A stretch of 64,000 bases of DNA from an uncultured Methanosarcinaceae archaeon (GTDB lineage Archaea > Halobacteriota > Methanosarcinia > Methanosarcinales > Methanosarcinaceae): NCBI GenBank assembly GCA_963833425.1, contig CAWHXP010000013.1, forward strand, positions 64,001 to 128,000, written 5' to 3'. Numbering within the stretch: the first letter of the stretch is position 1; every line of letters begins with the position of its first letter. The notes beneath the pieces are model-generated. The model saw only the letters and a list, made by a program, of their open reading frames with translations. It ran no database searches and was not told the origin of the DNA. A program made the position numbers and the translations under genes. Below, piece after piece: positions 23,599 to 35,209 of this stretch.

Positions 23599-23748
23599 GG
23601 TACTGTTGCAAAAAATCAAAATATTTTACAAAAATCGTTGAAAACTTTCACAATAAGGTGATTTAGTGATCAAACTGGGGTTTAAACAGCATTTAAAGGA
23701 AATTAAAATGTCCTCAAAGTACAGAAAAATTCTTTTTGCAATGGAACC
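23599..23748. mobile_element. 150-bp MITE with IS6-type TIRs
   Basis: GGTACTGTTGCAAAAAATC...TTTTTGCAATGGAACC; same length and ends as 51173-51321 and 51446-51595. Confidence 0.75.
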
Positions 23749-23863
23749 CTAGTACTAATTGTCGTCGTTTTACCCCAAAATTGAATCGTAGTCAGTCTGT
23801 GCATGATTAGGTCTTTCCGCTGTTCCGTCTCACTCCCCTACATAATAAAAAGTCTTCCAAAAG

Positions 23864-24718
23864 GGTTCCGTTGCAAAAAATTCAAAAAAAGATGTGACTC
23901 CATAAGTAATGAACAAAAGTCAAAAGTATCCGAGGAAAATGTATCAATATTATAAAACTAAACCAAATAATTGATTAATGTATTTGACTTCATTAAGAAC
24001 AGAGTAATTTAGATCGATTACTTGTCCTTTTTTGATCATATTTATAGCTTCAATTCCTTTTAAAGTCTTATTAGCAGATCGAAAAGACTGAAATCCTAAC
24101 ATTGGATTAACGATTCGCTTCATAGATCTGTGATCTTGTTCTATAATGTTATTCAAATACTTGATTTGTCTAATGCCTACGTTTTTAGGTAGTATTTTAT
24201 CATTTTTCAGTCCATCTATAGCAAGTGGATAAGCTGGATTCTTATCAACGGTTATTACTCCTGAAATTTGATTATGATTAGAACTCAAAACTTTCTTAAA
24301 GAATCTCTTCGCTACTTTTCTATTTCGTTTTGAACTTAACATGAAATCATTTGTATCTCCATTTGAGTCAACTGCTCGGTAAAAATATTTCCATTTACTT
24401 TGTACTTTGATATAGGTTTCATCAACTCTCCACGAATCGTTTGTTGGTCTTAAATGTTTTCTGATCTTCTTTTCTATTTCAGGGGAATATCGATGTACCT
24501 ATCTCATAATTTTCGTATGGTAGACTTTTATTCCCCTTTCTGCCATCATTTTCTTTAATTTCTATAGCTTAATGCATATTTTAGGTACCATCTTACATTC
24601 AATAGGATAATTTCTCCGTTATAATGCTTCCATTTAAAGGAATTAGATAGCATGTCACTACCTTTGGTTTTCTTTTTATTCTATTGTATCATTAGAAAGG
24701 ATTTTTTGCAACGGAACC
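23864..24718 (-). mobile_element. IS6-family element copy 1 (transposase pseudogene 23950-24653)
   Basis: GGTTCCGTTGCAAAA TIRs; WRVDETYIKV, TVDKNPAY, NNIIEQDHR; frameshift and in-frame TAG at 24499-24501. Confidence 0.93.
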
Positions 24719-24909
24719 CTTTTTATTCTGTAATTCCGTTCTTGCATTTGACCCAAAACGCTTTATCAGCAAAAATCTCTATCGATCTATAGATAGTCTT
24801 TTGAATTTAAAATTTTTAAACCCAAATTTATTGGGATTAAAGGTTTACACAATGAAACATTTTTTTTAATTGAAAATATCAGCGATCCATAGATCTGAAA
24901 GCTGTAATT

Positions 24910-25569
24910 TCACAGCCCTACTCTGGTTTTGAAATTTTCAAGGCCGATTTCTTCGATATATTTTCCTAGCCTCTTTTTTGTACCTGAGCTTTTGTAGAAA
25001 TTTAATATTTTATCTACTACCTCAAGGACTTCCTCTTCAGATAACTCCTTTGCGACAACTTCAGCAATTCTTGGCGCTGCAGCTGCAGAGCCTCCAACCA
25101 TCAAGGTATATCCTTTGGCAGTGCCCATTATCCCTATGTCCTTGATAGCAGGTTCAGCGCAGGAGTTTGGACAGCCGCATACAGCCATTTTTAGTTTGGA
25201 AGGCATAGGCATTCCATGATACTTCTCATCGAGTTTTAGGCCCAAACCAACTGCATCCTGCTTCCCCTGCTTGCAGAAAGTCGTCCCTGGACAAAGTTTT
25301 ATGCTCCTAACACAAAGCCCTATTGCTGCTCCAGGATGCATACCAAGATCTGTCCACACACTATCGAGATCCTCTTTTTTCAGACCAACGATTGCTATTC
25401 TTTGAGCAGAAGTAATCTTGAGGGCTGAAGCTCCGTACCTTTCGGCGACATCGCCGATTTTCCTTAGGGTTGCAGGGTCTACAAGTCCTCCGGAGATCTG
25501 GGGAGCGATGGCGTATGTTTCACGGTCTCGCTGAACTATTGCGCCTTTTTCTGGTAAGTTATCTTTCAT
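24910..25569 (-). CDS. Small sulfite/nitrite-reductase-like protein (NIR_SIR ferredoxin + siroheme/4Fe-4S domain)
   Basis: Start MKDNLPEKGAIVQRD after GGAGG; KLCPGTTFC and GCPNSCAE Cys motifs. Confidence 0.88.
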   Translation of the reverse strand: MKDNLPEKGAIVQRDRETYAIAPQISGGLVDPATLRKIGDVAERYGASALKITSAQRIAIVGLKKEDLDSVWTDLGMHPGAAIGLCVRSIKLCPGTTFCKQGKQDAVGLGLKLDEKYHGMPMPSKLKMAVCGCPNSCAEPAIKDIGIMGTAKGYTLMVGGSAAAAPRIAEVVAKELSEEEVLEVVDKILNFYKSSGTKKRLGKYIEEIGLENFKTRVGL

Positions 25570-25918
25570 ATTTTTCCTTCCTCCAAATTTATATTTTGAG
25601 ATTTTACTGTATAATGAAACTACTTGATAGTTCTTGTGTAGCGAAAGCAAAATATCTCAGTTGTGAACTGATTATAAGTCTGTTTTAACTATACCTAATG
25701 CATCGATTTCAAAATATTTTTTTTGTGGGAACGTCATTGATCAATGGCCAGAGTTATAAGTTTAGGTTTATGGATATACTCCGGAATAGACGCATTCGAA
25801 AGCTTTTACTATATTTACTTTAACAAATATTATAACTCAAATTATTTTTAAGTATGCTTTTGATACCAGTATATTCGAGATATCGATTTATATATTAAAC
25901 AGTTTCTATGTCTATACT

Positions 25919-26275
25919 ATGAAAGACTGCACAGTCTATAAGACAATGAATATAATTGGGAAAAAATGGACTATTCACATACTTCTCGAATTGCACAAAG
26001 GAGAAATGAAGAAGAAACGCTTTAATGAACTAAAAAGAAAGCTCGTTTACATAACCCCAAAAATACTTTCTGAAAGGCTGACAGAACTAGAAGATGAAGG
26101 CTTGATTGCAAATAAGGTTGACGACTCAACAGAGCTCCCAAAATCCGAGTATTACTTAACTGAAAGTGGTATGGATTTTGTGAAGATAATACAAGCAATT
26201 AAATGCTGGGGACTGAAGTGGAAATTCCAGGATGAAGAGTGTGAGAAGGCTATTTGTATGTATTGTGACCACTGA
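25919..26275 (+). CDS. HxlR-family transcriptional regulator
   Basis: CTVYKTMNIIGKKWTIHIL, RFNELKR, ITPKILSERLTELE, EYYLTESG; Cys-rich tail; divergent from the reductase-like gene. Confidence 0.9.
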   Translation: MKDCTVYKTMNIIGKKWTIHILLELHKGEMKKKRFNELKRKLVYITPKILSERLTELEDEGLIANKVDDSTELPKSEYYLTESGMDFVKIIQAIKCWGLKWKFQDEECEKAICMYCDH

Positions 26276-27169
26276 GCGAGCGGAGTGCAAATACAAAACT
26301 AAGCAAAGAGGTATATAGAATTTATTGTAATAGAAGATTGAAAGTTATCGTTTTTAACTCTGTATTATGGCTTGCAATTCTTAAACATTATAGAGATTAC
26401 ATAGTTGGAATGAAAGATCTATAGCATTAAGTCTTCAACTATCTAAATTGTGCATTTGAATTACAAAGTCAAATGTGCTTTATTTTAATCAGCAAGTGAA
26501 TAAGTCTTAATTAAGGGACCCTACATTTATTTACCATCGGTTAACAAATTTTATGTACATCTTCGAACCAATATACGGATTTCACGATTTGGATTATGAA
26601 TACCGGATTTTTAAAAACGAGATTCATATCCAGTTACATTAGTATAAACAAGTCTCATCTGCACCGTATCTAAAGGGCTATAGGCTTTCAGCCTTTGTAT
26701 TTTACTTTTAATGTCTCATTGGTGTCATTGATCGTCAACTAATTTATGATTGATTACACGACATTTTCTAAAAACAGTTTCGGTTTAGAGTATATGCTCG
26801 TAACTTTCCTGAAATGTTCGGTACTATACGGAATTTGAAGATCTTAGTTTCTTAAATTCAAATATTGGTTTAGGTATAGACAAGCATTTCGAATTTGAAA
26901 CTATCCTATTAATACATTGAAACACATAATTGTGTATACAAGAGTGCAGTAGTCGGTGTTATACACATCAACACAAGCTGTTCATAGGCAAGAAATAAGT
27001 GATAGAATTTAAAAGGACATAAATTTTTGAAAAAAAATATGCTACCAAAAAGGTGCTGTATTCGAAGCAGCAACAATCAAATTTAAGGCTATAGCCCTTG
27101 GTCGTTAAGTTTGGAAATATGAAAATCATTTCTGTTCAGGTCTTTTTTTACATGCATAGTTTTTATGTG

Positions 27170-27415
27170 GATAAACTACTTTTATTGTGCCAAGTTTTTG
27201 AGTTCTGCAAGTTAATTTCAATCGCTTTTTGTATGCTTTATTGTTTCATCCGACTGGTCTAATGTCACTAAAGAGATTCTTTATTGAACCAAGAATCTGA
27301 ATCTTGCATCATGTCAGTTATACTCACCAGGATTTAAAACGCCAACATATTGATTCCTAATACTTTTATAAAGATATGCCCTCTTCTTGCTTTATCGTAT
27401 GTAGCTTTTCAATTT
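27170..27415 (-). pseudogene. Membrane-anchored TPR protein relic, paralogue of 57760-58239
   Basis: 5' DNA aligns with 58140-58250 (AGAGGCTGAAAAT...GGCATATC...TTAGGAAT); KAIEIN fragment. Confidence 0.6.
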
Positions 27416-27611
27416 TCAGCCTCTTGATGTTTATTCAGATATCAATGCTGAAAAATAACCACAACGTGATGTAGCTAATTTTAATTATGGGCAGACAGAA
27501 TCAATAAAAGGTAGGTAAGATTATAATCTTCAATTGTCAAACCCTTACCCTCTACGGGTGATCTGTGGGATAACTGATTTAACTTCAACTAAATTTGTTT
27601 GATTTGGTCTT

Positions 27612-27968
27612 CTAATAATTTTTGACCTTTGAGTGTAATATTCTATTTTCTACTATTATCAGACTAACTTCTGCATCCAGTACTTTGTTTATTGCTTCTT
27701 CACGTTTTGTTTCTGCTTTCCTTATTAGGTCTCCAATACTTTGGATTTGTGAATCTAATTTATTGGTGATTGTATCTAATTTTTTAGATTGGGTTTGTAT
27801 AATCTTAGATTCTGCTAATTTCCTCAGGTTGTTAGCAGCATTTATTAAATCCTCGAAATACTTGACTTTTTCCATTTCTATATTGAGCTCTGCTTTTATT
27901 TTTTCAAACTCTTCTTCGTCAATCTTTCTGTTATGTTCTTGTTTTTCGATATCATGTTCTGTATTCAT
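27612..27968 (-). CDS. Hypothetical coiled-coil protein
   Basis: 118 aa E/K-rich heptad pattern; GAGG upstream of the ATG. Confidence 0.6.
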   Translation of the reverse strand: MNTEHDIEKQEHNRKIDEEEFEKIKAELNIEMEKVKYFEDLINAANNLRKLAESKIIQTQSKKLDTITNKLDSQIQSIGDLIRKAETKREEAINKVLDAEVSLIIVENRILHSKVKNY

Positions 27969-28904
27969 AATATAACCTCTTTGTTTTATCTATTGTTTTA
28001 TCTACGCCTTTCGTACACACTGAAATATTTTTAAATTATTAATTTTAGTTTTTGGTGAATTTCACTGCTTTTTGTTGCTTTATAGTTCTCTGTGTGTTTC
28101 TTGTGTAGTCTGAGCTGGCTAATGCCATATCCGACATGCTTTACTACTATACGTGAACTTTCCTTTCAATTTTGAAATAAAATTTATTTGTATCCAGTTA
28201 GTATGTAAATGCCAAAAAGCATTATTTTTATACCAATAGCGATGTTCTCAATATTGTCCCATAAAACTTGTTCAATCCTTCAAGAGTCTTGCCCTTAATA
28301 CAATTTGATCATTAGGAAGAGAGTAAGTTTACCTGGTTTAACAGTTTTACTAACTTCTGTGATAAAATTACCACAAGTAAGACTACCGAAATGATTGGTG
28401 CTTTTTATTCGGTCAATTTTTTTTTCAATATATCATGCATTCAATACTTTTTGATACAATTGATTTAGTAAATTAATCTGCAGATAAATTAATGATTAAT
28501 TTTCCAATAACCGATCTAGATTTATGGCGGAAGGATATTATATTGATATTAAAATCTTATCTTTGACAAATTATTATTTGGATTATACAGGACCAAAGTC
28601 TTTCAGACACTTATTTATTCAAATATCTACCAATTATTCCTCAACTTTTTGACCGAGCAGTTTTCGTTAAAATGCAAAATAATCCCCTTAGTTATTTTTA
28701 ATTAATTGTGTGAAAAATATATTCGGAATAAAAATTACTTTTGCACAAAATATTTTAATCTTAAACAATAATTTGATATTAATGATGTTATATTATTTCA
28801 AAAGAAGTTATAAACTTAGTATTATAGTTTTTTTCTAAGAAGTAATATATATTGACTTCATATCAAATTTTGGTCAAACCCTTAAGTCGTCTTTGAGTCG
28901 TTAT

Positions 28905-28990
28905 AGAGGATTTCGAGAAATCCCTCCATTTCGTACTATGATATAAATGACATATAAATTGTACATGAAAATAAGATATTATCGGCAGCT
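28905..28990. mobile_element. ~88-bp MITE, IS5-type TIR family (degenerate copy 3)
   Basis: AGAGGATTTCGAGAAATCCC...ATAAATGACATATAAAT, matching copy 2. Confidence 0.6.
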
Positions 28991-29453
28991 TGATTACTTT
29001 TCTAGAAAAATAAAAAATCATATCTCCAATGCGGTCGATATCTCAAAAAATTTGGAAATGAGTGTTCACCATGCTAGGTGCCTCTTCAACTCATGGAGTT
29101 TGATATAAAATATATATATTACCAATGTCAACATTTCATTACAATTTTTCCACTATTAACCCTAACTCACAAGTTTAAGAGTAAAGAGAAATGCAAAGTC
29201 ATTTAAATTTAAACAAACTATTTTTTTACCCAGCTCAATTTGCTTTTCTGTTTACAAGTCCATACTAAATATTGTTTTATTTTCATGATTGTAGTGAGAA
29301 TGCCCACTGCTTTAGATATGGTACCCTACCTCATAGCCCTAATATACGATATAACCAATCTATCCACATAGATGTTATATTCTATGCTATAAATTATCTG
29401 ATTTAATTGCAGATAGATAGGTTGAATTTATTGCGGTTAAAACATACATAAAT

Positions 29454-30319
29454 TTACCGATAATTTTAGGGAAAAATTTCTTTCCTATATTTTTCAATTC
29501 CAGGCTTGTCAAAAGTTCTCCTAATCTGTCTCCATTAAGACACTCTTTACTGTAATAATCAATTGTTTTTTAGAATTGAAAAAAGATTCTCCTCGTCCAC
29601 AAGTTCAATAAATTTTATTCCATGCCTTGGCTTACGTCCCATACTACCCCCAACAAAAATCGTATATCCGATTTTTTTCCGTTCTCAATGCATTTTTTCG
29701 ACAAGCTGCAATACAGGCTCCGCAAAGAACGCATTTTTCCCTGACTATCCGTATTTTTTCTTCCTCGATTGTTATTGCTCCCATTTTACAAGCTTGTTCA
29801 CAGCTTCCGCAACCAATACAATTCTCTTCGAGAATTTCTGGTTTTTTCATACCCATGATTCCAAAATCATCATCCTGGGGTTTTACACACGCAGAAGGAC
29901 AGCCTGTTATTGCAATTTTAAATTTTTGAGGGACAGCTTCACCGAAATATTTCTCATTTATGAAGTAAGCCAGTCACTAACAGTCAATTAACCTATATTT
30001 ACAGACATTGTTCCCATGACAAGCAACAATTGCCCTCACTTTTTACCCGGAAGAACTTCCAAAAATCTATTGCATTTCGAGCTCATAAATTGCTTTTTCC
30101 GTATCTTCAAGTTTTTTAAACGGAACTCCAATCTGTTGCCTTGAAGTTAAATGAACGTAACAAGAACCGTATTTCTCTGCAGCATCCGCATTAGTCCTTA
30201 AATTTTTGGCGAACACCATTCTGCCCACAACTTTAAGCCTCATTGAAAACATCTTTTCTTATCTCTGAGATAGAAAACCTTTGTTTTTGAGTGAAGATTA
30301 ATCAATTTTTATAGGCCAT
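29454..30319 (-). pseudogene. AsrC/Dsr-like sulfite-reductase-related Fe-S protein, decayed
   Basis: KGFLSQR, FSMRLKVVG, AEKYGSCYVHLTSRQQI, VRAIVACHGNNVC, IAITGCPSAC, CIGCGSCEQAC, CVLCGACIAAC, with stops and frameshifts. Confidence 0.85.
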
Positions 30320-30708
30320 ATGAGATCACTTAACTGCAAAAGTATTATAATTAATTTCTATAAAAATTAGGATTTATGTAACTTATCTAATAGATCCAAA
30401 AACAAGGTGCATAATTTTCCGTAAAATCCGCTCTACATCACATTTTTTTCTGATTACCATTCTATTATTATCTTGTTACCTGTGATCCAAGATGGAGCCT
30501 TAATTTAATCTAAAAGCAGTATTTTAGTTTTTCATTATTCGATGATTTCAATAAAACCTATTTATTCATTTCAAGAAACAAGCAATTAGTAATGGGAAAA
30601 TAATCAAAAAAAAGATTAAATGGTACGAGCAGATTTGACAGAAAACAATGCGCATGCCAACTTGAGCATTGTACTGGGAATTCTGTAAAATTTTATCTCA
30701 AAAATATT

Positions 30709-30762
30709 AGAAAATTTAGATAAACTACATGCTCAAGAGCATTGAGTTTATCTAAATTCTCT
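30709..30762. repeat. ~50-bp near-perfect palindrome
   Basis: AATTTAGATAAACT-ac-ATGCTC-aa-GAGCAT-tg-AGTTTATCTAAATT. Confidence 0.8.
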
Positions 30763-31053
30763 ATAATTAGTATAGTATTCTTTCATTCTGTTAGTGCTGA
30801 TATTACCACTAACAACGAATAGTAAGTATATTTTTAAATTTGTTTTGCCAGAGCCATCAATTCCTAAATTATAACTTTTGACAGAAGTAGGTGTGCAGAA
30901 AATTAACCTTTAATGGATGGATTTAATTGAATACTATATTTATCCAAAAAAATAGCCTTCAGAGGCTACATGAATAGTTACGGAATTTGCTATTTGAGAT
31001 AATTTATACAGAATCCAAATTCCATTATCATTTGATATGTTGAATTTATTTTT

Positions 31054-31278
31054 TTATTTGAGCATTGTCTGAACTTTTTTAATATCCGCGATAGCTTCTT
31101 TTTTTAGTTCGATCATCTTTTCCATTTTACCTATTTTCATTTCTAAAATTTTTATGAATTTATCCATTCTCATTACTGCAACTTTTTTCTTCTGTTCTAT
31201 AGTCAGAAGTTCCCACATCTCAACCATAGCGGTCTCCATTATAGACCCCTGTCCCATCATGGAATGTTCTTCGCACAT
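31054..31278 (-). CDS. Small Met/Lys-rich helical hypothetical protein
   Basis: 74 aa ORF with AGGAG ribosome-binding site and the shared upstream motif at 31455-31475. Confidence 0.7.
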   Translation of the reverse strand: MCEEHSMMGQGSIMETAMVEMWELLTIEQKKKVAVMRMDKFIKILEMKIGKMEKMIELKKEAIADIKKVQTMLK

Positions 31279-31454
31279 GTTTCAATATCTCCTTGATTGA
31301 TAATATTTTTTTGAATTTACACTTCAAGAATAGACCAAAATATTAGTATATTTTAATCTCCGGTTTCAACAAATTATTTATAGAGTATATATAAAGCAAT
31401 TTATTGCAACCAGATGTTTATTATTTTCCCATATTATTTTTAATTAATGATATG

Positions 31455-31475
31455 AAAAAAAGTTTCTGAATAAAA
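31455..31475 (-). promoter_or_regulatory. Shared upstream motif (copy 3)
   Basis: + strand AAAAAAAGTTTCTGAATAAAA; 31430-31540 aligns with 21005-21115. Confidence 0.5.
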
Positions 31476-31706
31476 TTTACTTTCCAATAACATATTTTAA
31501 AACTAAAAAATCATTTCATATTAATAATGTTTTTATCATATTCTGACATTTTTAAAATTTAATATTTAATCTAGGGTCCAATGTTCGTTCTGTTTTAGGA
31601 AAAAGTTGATGTTAAGTTCTGAAGATTTTAAAACATAATTAAAAAATCATTTTTAAATATTTAGTTGTTTTTTGATTTGAAAAATCTTATGTGGGATTAC
31701 TTTTCA

Positions 31707-31721
31707 TTCAGAAACTATTTT
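31707..31721 (+). promoter_or_regulatory. Shared upstream motif TTCAGAAACTATTTT (copy 4)
   Basis: About 110 nt upstream of ATG 31830, followed by TATAATTAATTT. Confidence 0.5.
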
Positions 31722-31829
31722 TGGTATAATTAATTTGATATAAAAATAAAAAGTGGTTTTACAGCATATTTTAATATAACTGATATAGTTTTAGTAAGTT
31801 AGAGAGTTAGTGAGTTAAGGAATAATACA

Positions 31830-32201
31830 ATGGTAAATGTAGGTGAAATGGAAGCTAAACATATAACAGAGCATATACTTGGAACTATAAACAAGAATAT
31901 CCAGGTGCATATCATCGATGGAAATTGGCAATGGAGTAAAGAGATAGGTCTTGAAAAAACAATTGATGGCAATTTAAAGATCAGATCTCCAGCTAAAGGT
32001 AGTTGGAATATCAAGTTCGAAGAAGGAAACGATCCCAATATATCTGATAATACTTTTCAGGAAGATGATAGAGGTAAAACAGTTCATATATTTTCTTTTA
32101 ATCGTCACAAGATGGAAAAGAAATTTCTTGTTCTAAATTTTAAATGGAATGACGACTGCAATGCAATTCTCAAGGCTCATTTGCGTCTTAATATCCATTA
32201 A
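31830..32201 (+). CDS. Hypothetical protein
   Basis: 123 aa ORF with protein-like composition and AAGGA upstream; no family recognised. Confidence 0.6.
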   Translation: MVNVGEMEAKHITEHILGTINKNIQVHIIDGNWQWSKEIGLEKTIDGNLKIRSPAKGSWNIKFEEGNDPNISDNTFQEDDRGKTVHIFSFNRHKMEKKFLVLNFKWNDDCNAILKAHLRLNIH

Positions 32202-32715
32202 GAAATATATTAAGGAAAGTTTAATCAAAAATAACTATTACTATGCAATCAAGTCAAAAAAGAAAAGTATTTAAAGTTTTTTGTAAATTTTTATTTTAAA
32301 ATTGTATTCTACTAAATAGAATAGAATTTTAATTTTATTACTCTATTTTATCAAGCAAGCAGTGCACTAAAAGTTAATGATCATTTAAATCCACTAAAAA
32401 TTGATGATTTTAGTTTTTGTATCACTTGCATTCGTTCCAATAAATTGTCAATTTTCCCATCGAATATTTCTTCTGTATTTACATTATCTAGAATTTTAAA
32501 GATCTTTCGCATAGGATACCAATTACTAAGGTCATTTGAATATCATCTAAGTAATAATTTAATTCGATTGATTCTTCAAAGAAATATAAATCATTAAAAT
32601 TCATGTTTTTATTCCACTACGTTCTCATGAATTGGATAATTTTAAACTCATAAAGACGCTCAGATCCTTGTAATTTCTCCTTATAATTCCGACTGAAACT
32701 TAGAAAATACAATGA

Positions 32716-32996
32716 TTTTGTGAGAAAACACATAGATTTTTATACAAATACCATGATTAGTAAAAGAGATCAATCCCGTCTTTTGTAGTGGAGAAAGGAT
32801 ACAGAGCCATTTTTTTGTGAGAAAACACATAGATTTTTATACAAATACCATGATTAGTAAAAGATATCAATCCTGTCTTTTGTAGTGGAGAAAGGATACA
32901 GAGCCATTAAAACACATAGATTTTTATACAAATACCATGATTAGTAAAAGATATCAATCCTGTCTTTTGTAGTGGAGAAAGGGTACAGCGCCATTT
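32716..32996. repeat. Three-copy tandem duplication of an ~87-97-bp unit
   Basis: AAAACACATAGATTTTTATACAAATACCATGATTAGTAAAAGA...GGAGAAAGGATACAGAGCCATT three times, with only a few substitutions and no spacers. Confidence 0.95.
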
Positions 32997-33036
32997 AAAG
33001 TTCACAGAACTTTGGGTGGATTGCCAAAAAAATTAA

Positions 33037-33104
33037 AGGATACTTTATAGAGTTGGTCTACTTCCAACCCTTAAATAGTAGACCAACATCTTCAAAGCTA
33101 TCCT
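33037..33104. repeat. Extended imperfect hairpin
   Basis: Perfect 11-bp stem GTTGGTCTACT/AGTAGACCAAC (33052-33087) extended by AGGATA..TTT / AAAGCTATCCT. Confidence 0.7.
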
Positions 33105-33222
33105 AATCGGCTTTTTAGTTCTTCTGTGGCTGTGACTTTTTACTTTTATTAATCTGTTCGTTCTGTGATACCTGTGATACAATACATGTTAATCTCCAAA
33201 GTTATTTTAAATTAATTATATG

Positions 33223-33238
33223 AAAAATAGTTTCTGAA
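33223..33238 (-). promoter_or_regulatory. Shared upstream motif TTCAGAAACTATTTT (copy 5)
   Basis: + strand TTAAATTAATTATATGAAAAATAGTTTCTGAA. Confidence 0.5.
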
Positions 33239-33549
33239 CAAAAAATAATCTCGCATAAAATTTTTTGATTGCAAAAAATAAATAAATATCATTAATCATT
33301 TTTTATTATTTAGGAACTCATCAGAACCTAACATTATCTTTCCCTAGAGAATTAATTACTTTGATGTTGTAATTTTTTGACTGGACAAATAATTATAATC
33401 TAAACAAAATAGCGAATAACCAGATTTTGTTCTATGTGTCTGTAAACTCGAATATATCATATATTATAGAGAAACATATAGACATTCCATACTTTAGTGA
33501 AGAGAGTAACCATTATTAAACTGACAAATCAGGCCCCTAAATAGTAATG

Positions 33550-34260
33550 AAATCAAATAAATGATACAGGTTTCATATTCCCAGCATCTTCCAATCTATA
33601 GCTTGATATAGCAACTCTTCCAGTTTTTCTTTCGAAGTAATGTCTAGTTCGATATCTCTCCATGAAGTATTATTCCCTTTTCTGAGAGTGACTTCTTTAA
33701 TCAAGCTAATGATAATCAATTAAGCAATAGACTTTGCTATAATTGACATGTATGCGCATTAGTTTCTAAGATTTACATTTATTTAGGCGTTTTTGCCTTT
33801 ATTTATGTATACTATCTGTCTTTTTATCATGAGATGTTAATTTAATAATCGCAAGTAACATTTTTGTGGAATCCCATTCAGGGAATTGATTTTTCAAATC
33901 TATCCGCATCATTAGTATTAAACATTTTATCAATGTGTTCTATCAATAATATCTCCTGAATTAAGTGCCAATTTAACAAGGTCACACAAATCATTCAAAA
34001 TACCGATAGTTGAGATAAAATGACCGCTATTTACGAATCCAGATTCCCTGCTAGACTAATATTATAGAGAAAATCACCTGTTTGAGATTGTTGATTTCAT
34101 CCAAAACTATTGCATGAGAGACTTTACTCTCCAGCATAACCTTCCATAAGACAGAGTAATATTAATCGAAAGAAAATCCTTTCATCGGGACTTTAGTTTT
34201 TGGATCTACCTGCGAATCATTTCGTATAAACAACTATTCTCAGTATTCTGAATTTTATAT
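33550..34260 (-). pseudogene. Orc1/Cdc6-family replication initiator relic
   Basis: KVPMKGFSFD, AIVLDEINNL (Walker B), DFLYNISLAG, FISTIGILNDL (sensor I), then a deletion and degraded C-terminal frames. Confidence 0.65.
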
Positions 34261-34439
34261 AAAATGTAAATCCATTTTAAAGCGTGATCCACTAATTTTA
34301 CATTCTAAGCATTATTTAAAAGATAAAATTCGAGTAAATATCCTAATAAGAATAATAATTGAATATATTTTTAAAAAGAGTAAGTTGAAAAGTACTTTCA
34401 TTTTTTGTGTTATTGTTAATGGAAGAATTGAATTTTAGT

Positions 34440-35098
34440 TTCCCATGAAACTTAGATCGTAAGTGAAATTTTATAGCCCTTTTTTTACTATGGTTAAATC
34501 TCTAAATACACTCTTTTTTGCTTATTTTCTCGATGTTAATACATTTTTGCATTTCCAAGATCTGAACGAATAAAAATAGCTTCCTGAATCATTTCCTTTT
34601 TTATTTTCAACCTAGGCAATTATGTTGGCTTTGAAACTGCCCCCATATTTTTTCTTTGCAGTTATCAATATTTTTTTAATGACCAGACTATGGTAATATC
34701 CTGTGTGCGCTCAGGAGAACTAAGAAATTTCTTGAAAGAAATTCGATCAATGAATTGTTTCTCAAGTTCAAAGTTGGAAAGACCATGCAATTGATGTAAA
34801 AAAGCATCTGTAACATAAGTATTAGGTCAACTTTAGGTATGCTTCAGTAAACTACTTTGCTAAAAAAATATGAACTCAAAAATGAAGCAAAAGGATTTCT
34901 AATTAATTCGGAATCAATTTCACCAAGTTTGTCTTCAACAAACTGAAGACATTTGTATTCTTCTTTAAGCGAAAGTAATTAAGAATTTTCATGAGTAAAA
35001 ATTATTGTTAAGAGACTTAAACTTTCCACTGCTCAAATGCGTCAGAGTTATCTAAATTCTCAAATAACTCGTGAAAATCAGAGATTTATTAAAATCCG
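34440..35098 (-). mobile_element. IS5-family (IS5 subgroup) relic: left end plus N-terminal transposase
   Basis: LKEEYKCLQFVEDKLGEIDS, QLHGLSNFELEKQFIDRISFKKFL, MIQEAIFIRSD. The end GGATTTTAATAAATCTCTGATTTTCACGAG matches the 88-bp MITE ends. Confidence 0.8.
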
Positions 35099-35209
35099 CA
35101 ATAGTCATTCAGAACCACATCAAATCGGAACTACTGTTCTTCCCAATCTTTTTTGATTTTCAATCTTTGAACCCTTAAACCCAATTTTTTGGAGAATAAC
35201 TATTGATGT

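Noticed and set aside
25570..25650. N-terminal extension of the reductase-like ORF
   Set aside because: A GGAGG RBS directly precedes ATG 25569.
29298..29325. IS605-like end fragment GAATGCCCACTGCTTTAG
   Set aside because: Too short, and no associated tnpA/tnpB sequence.
32716..32996. CRISPR array
   Set aside because: Units of ~90 bp repeat in full with no unique spacers, and no cas genes are nearby.
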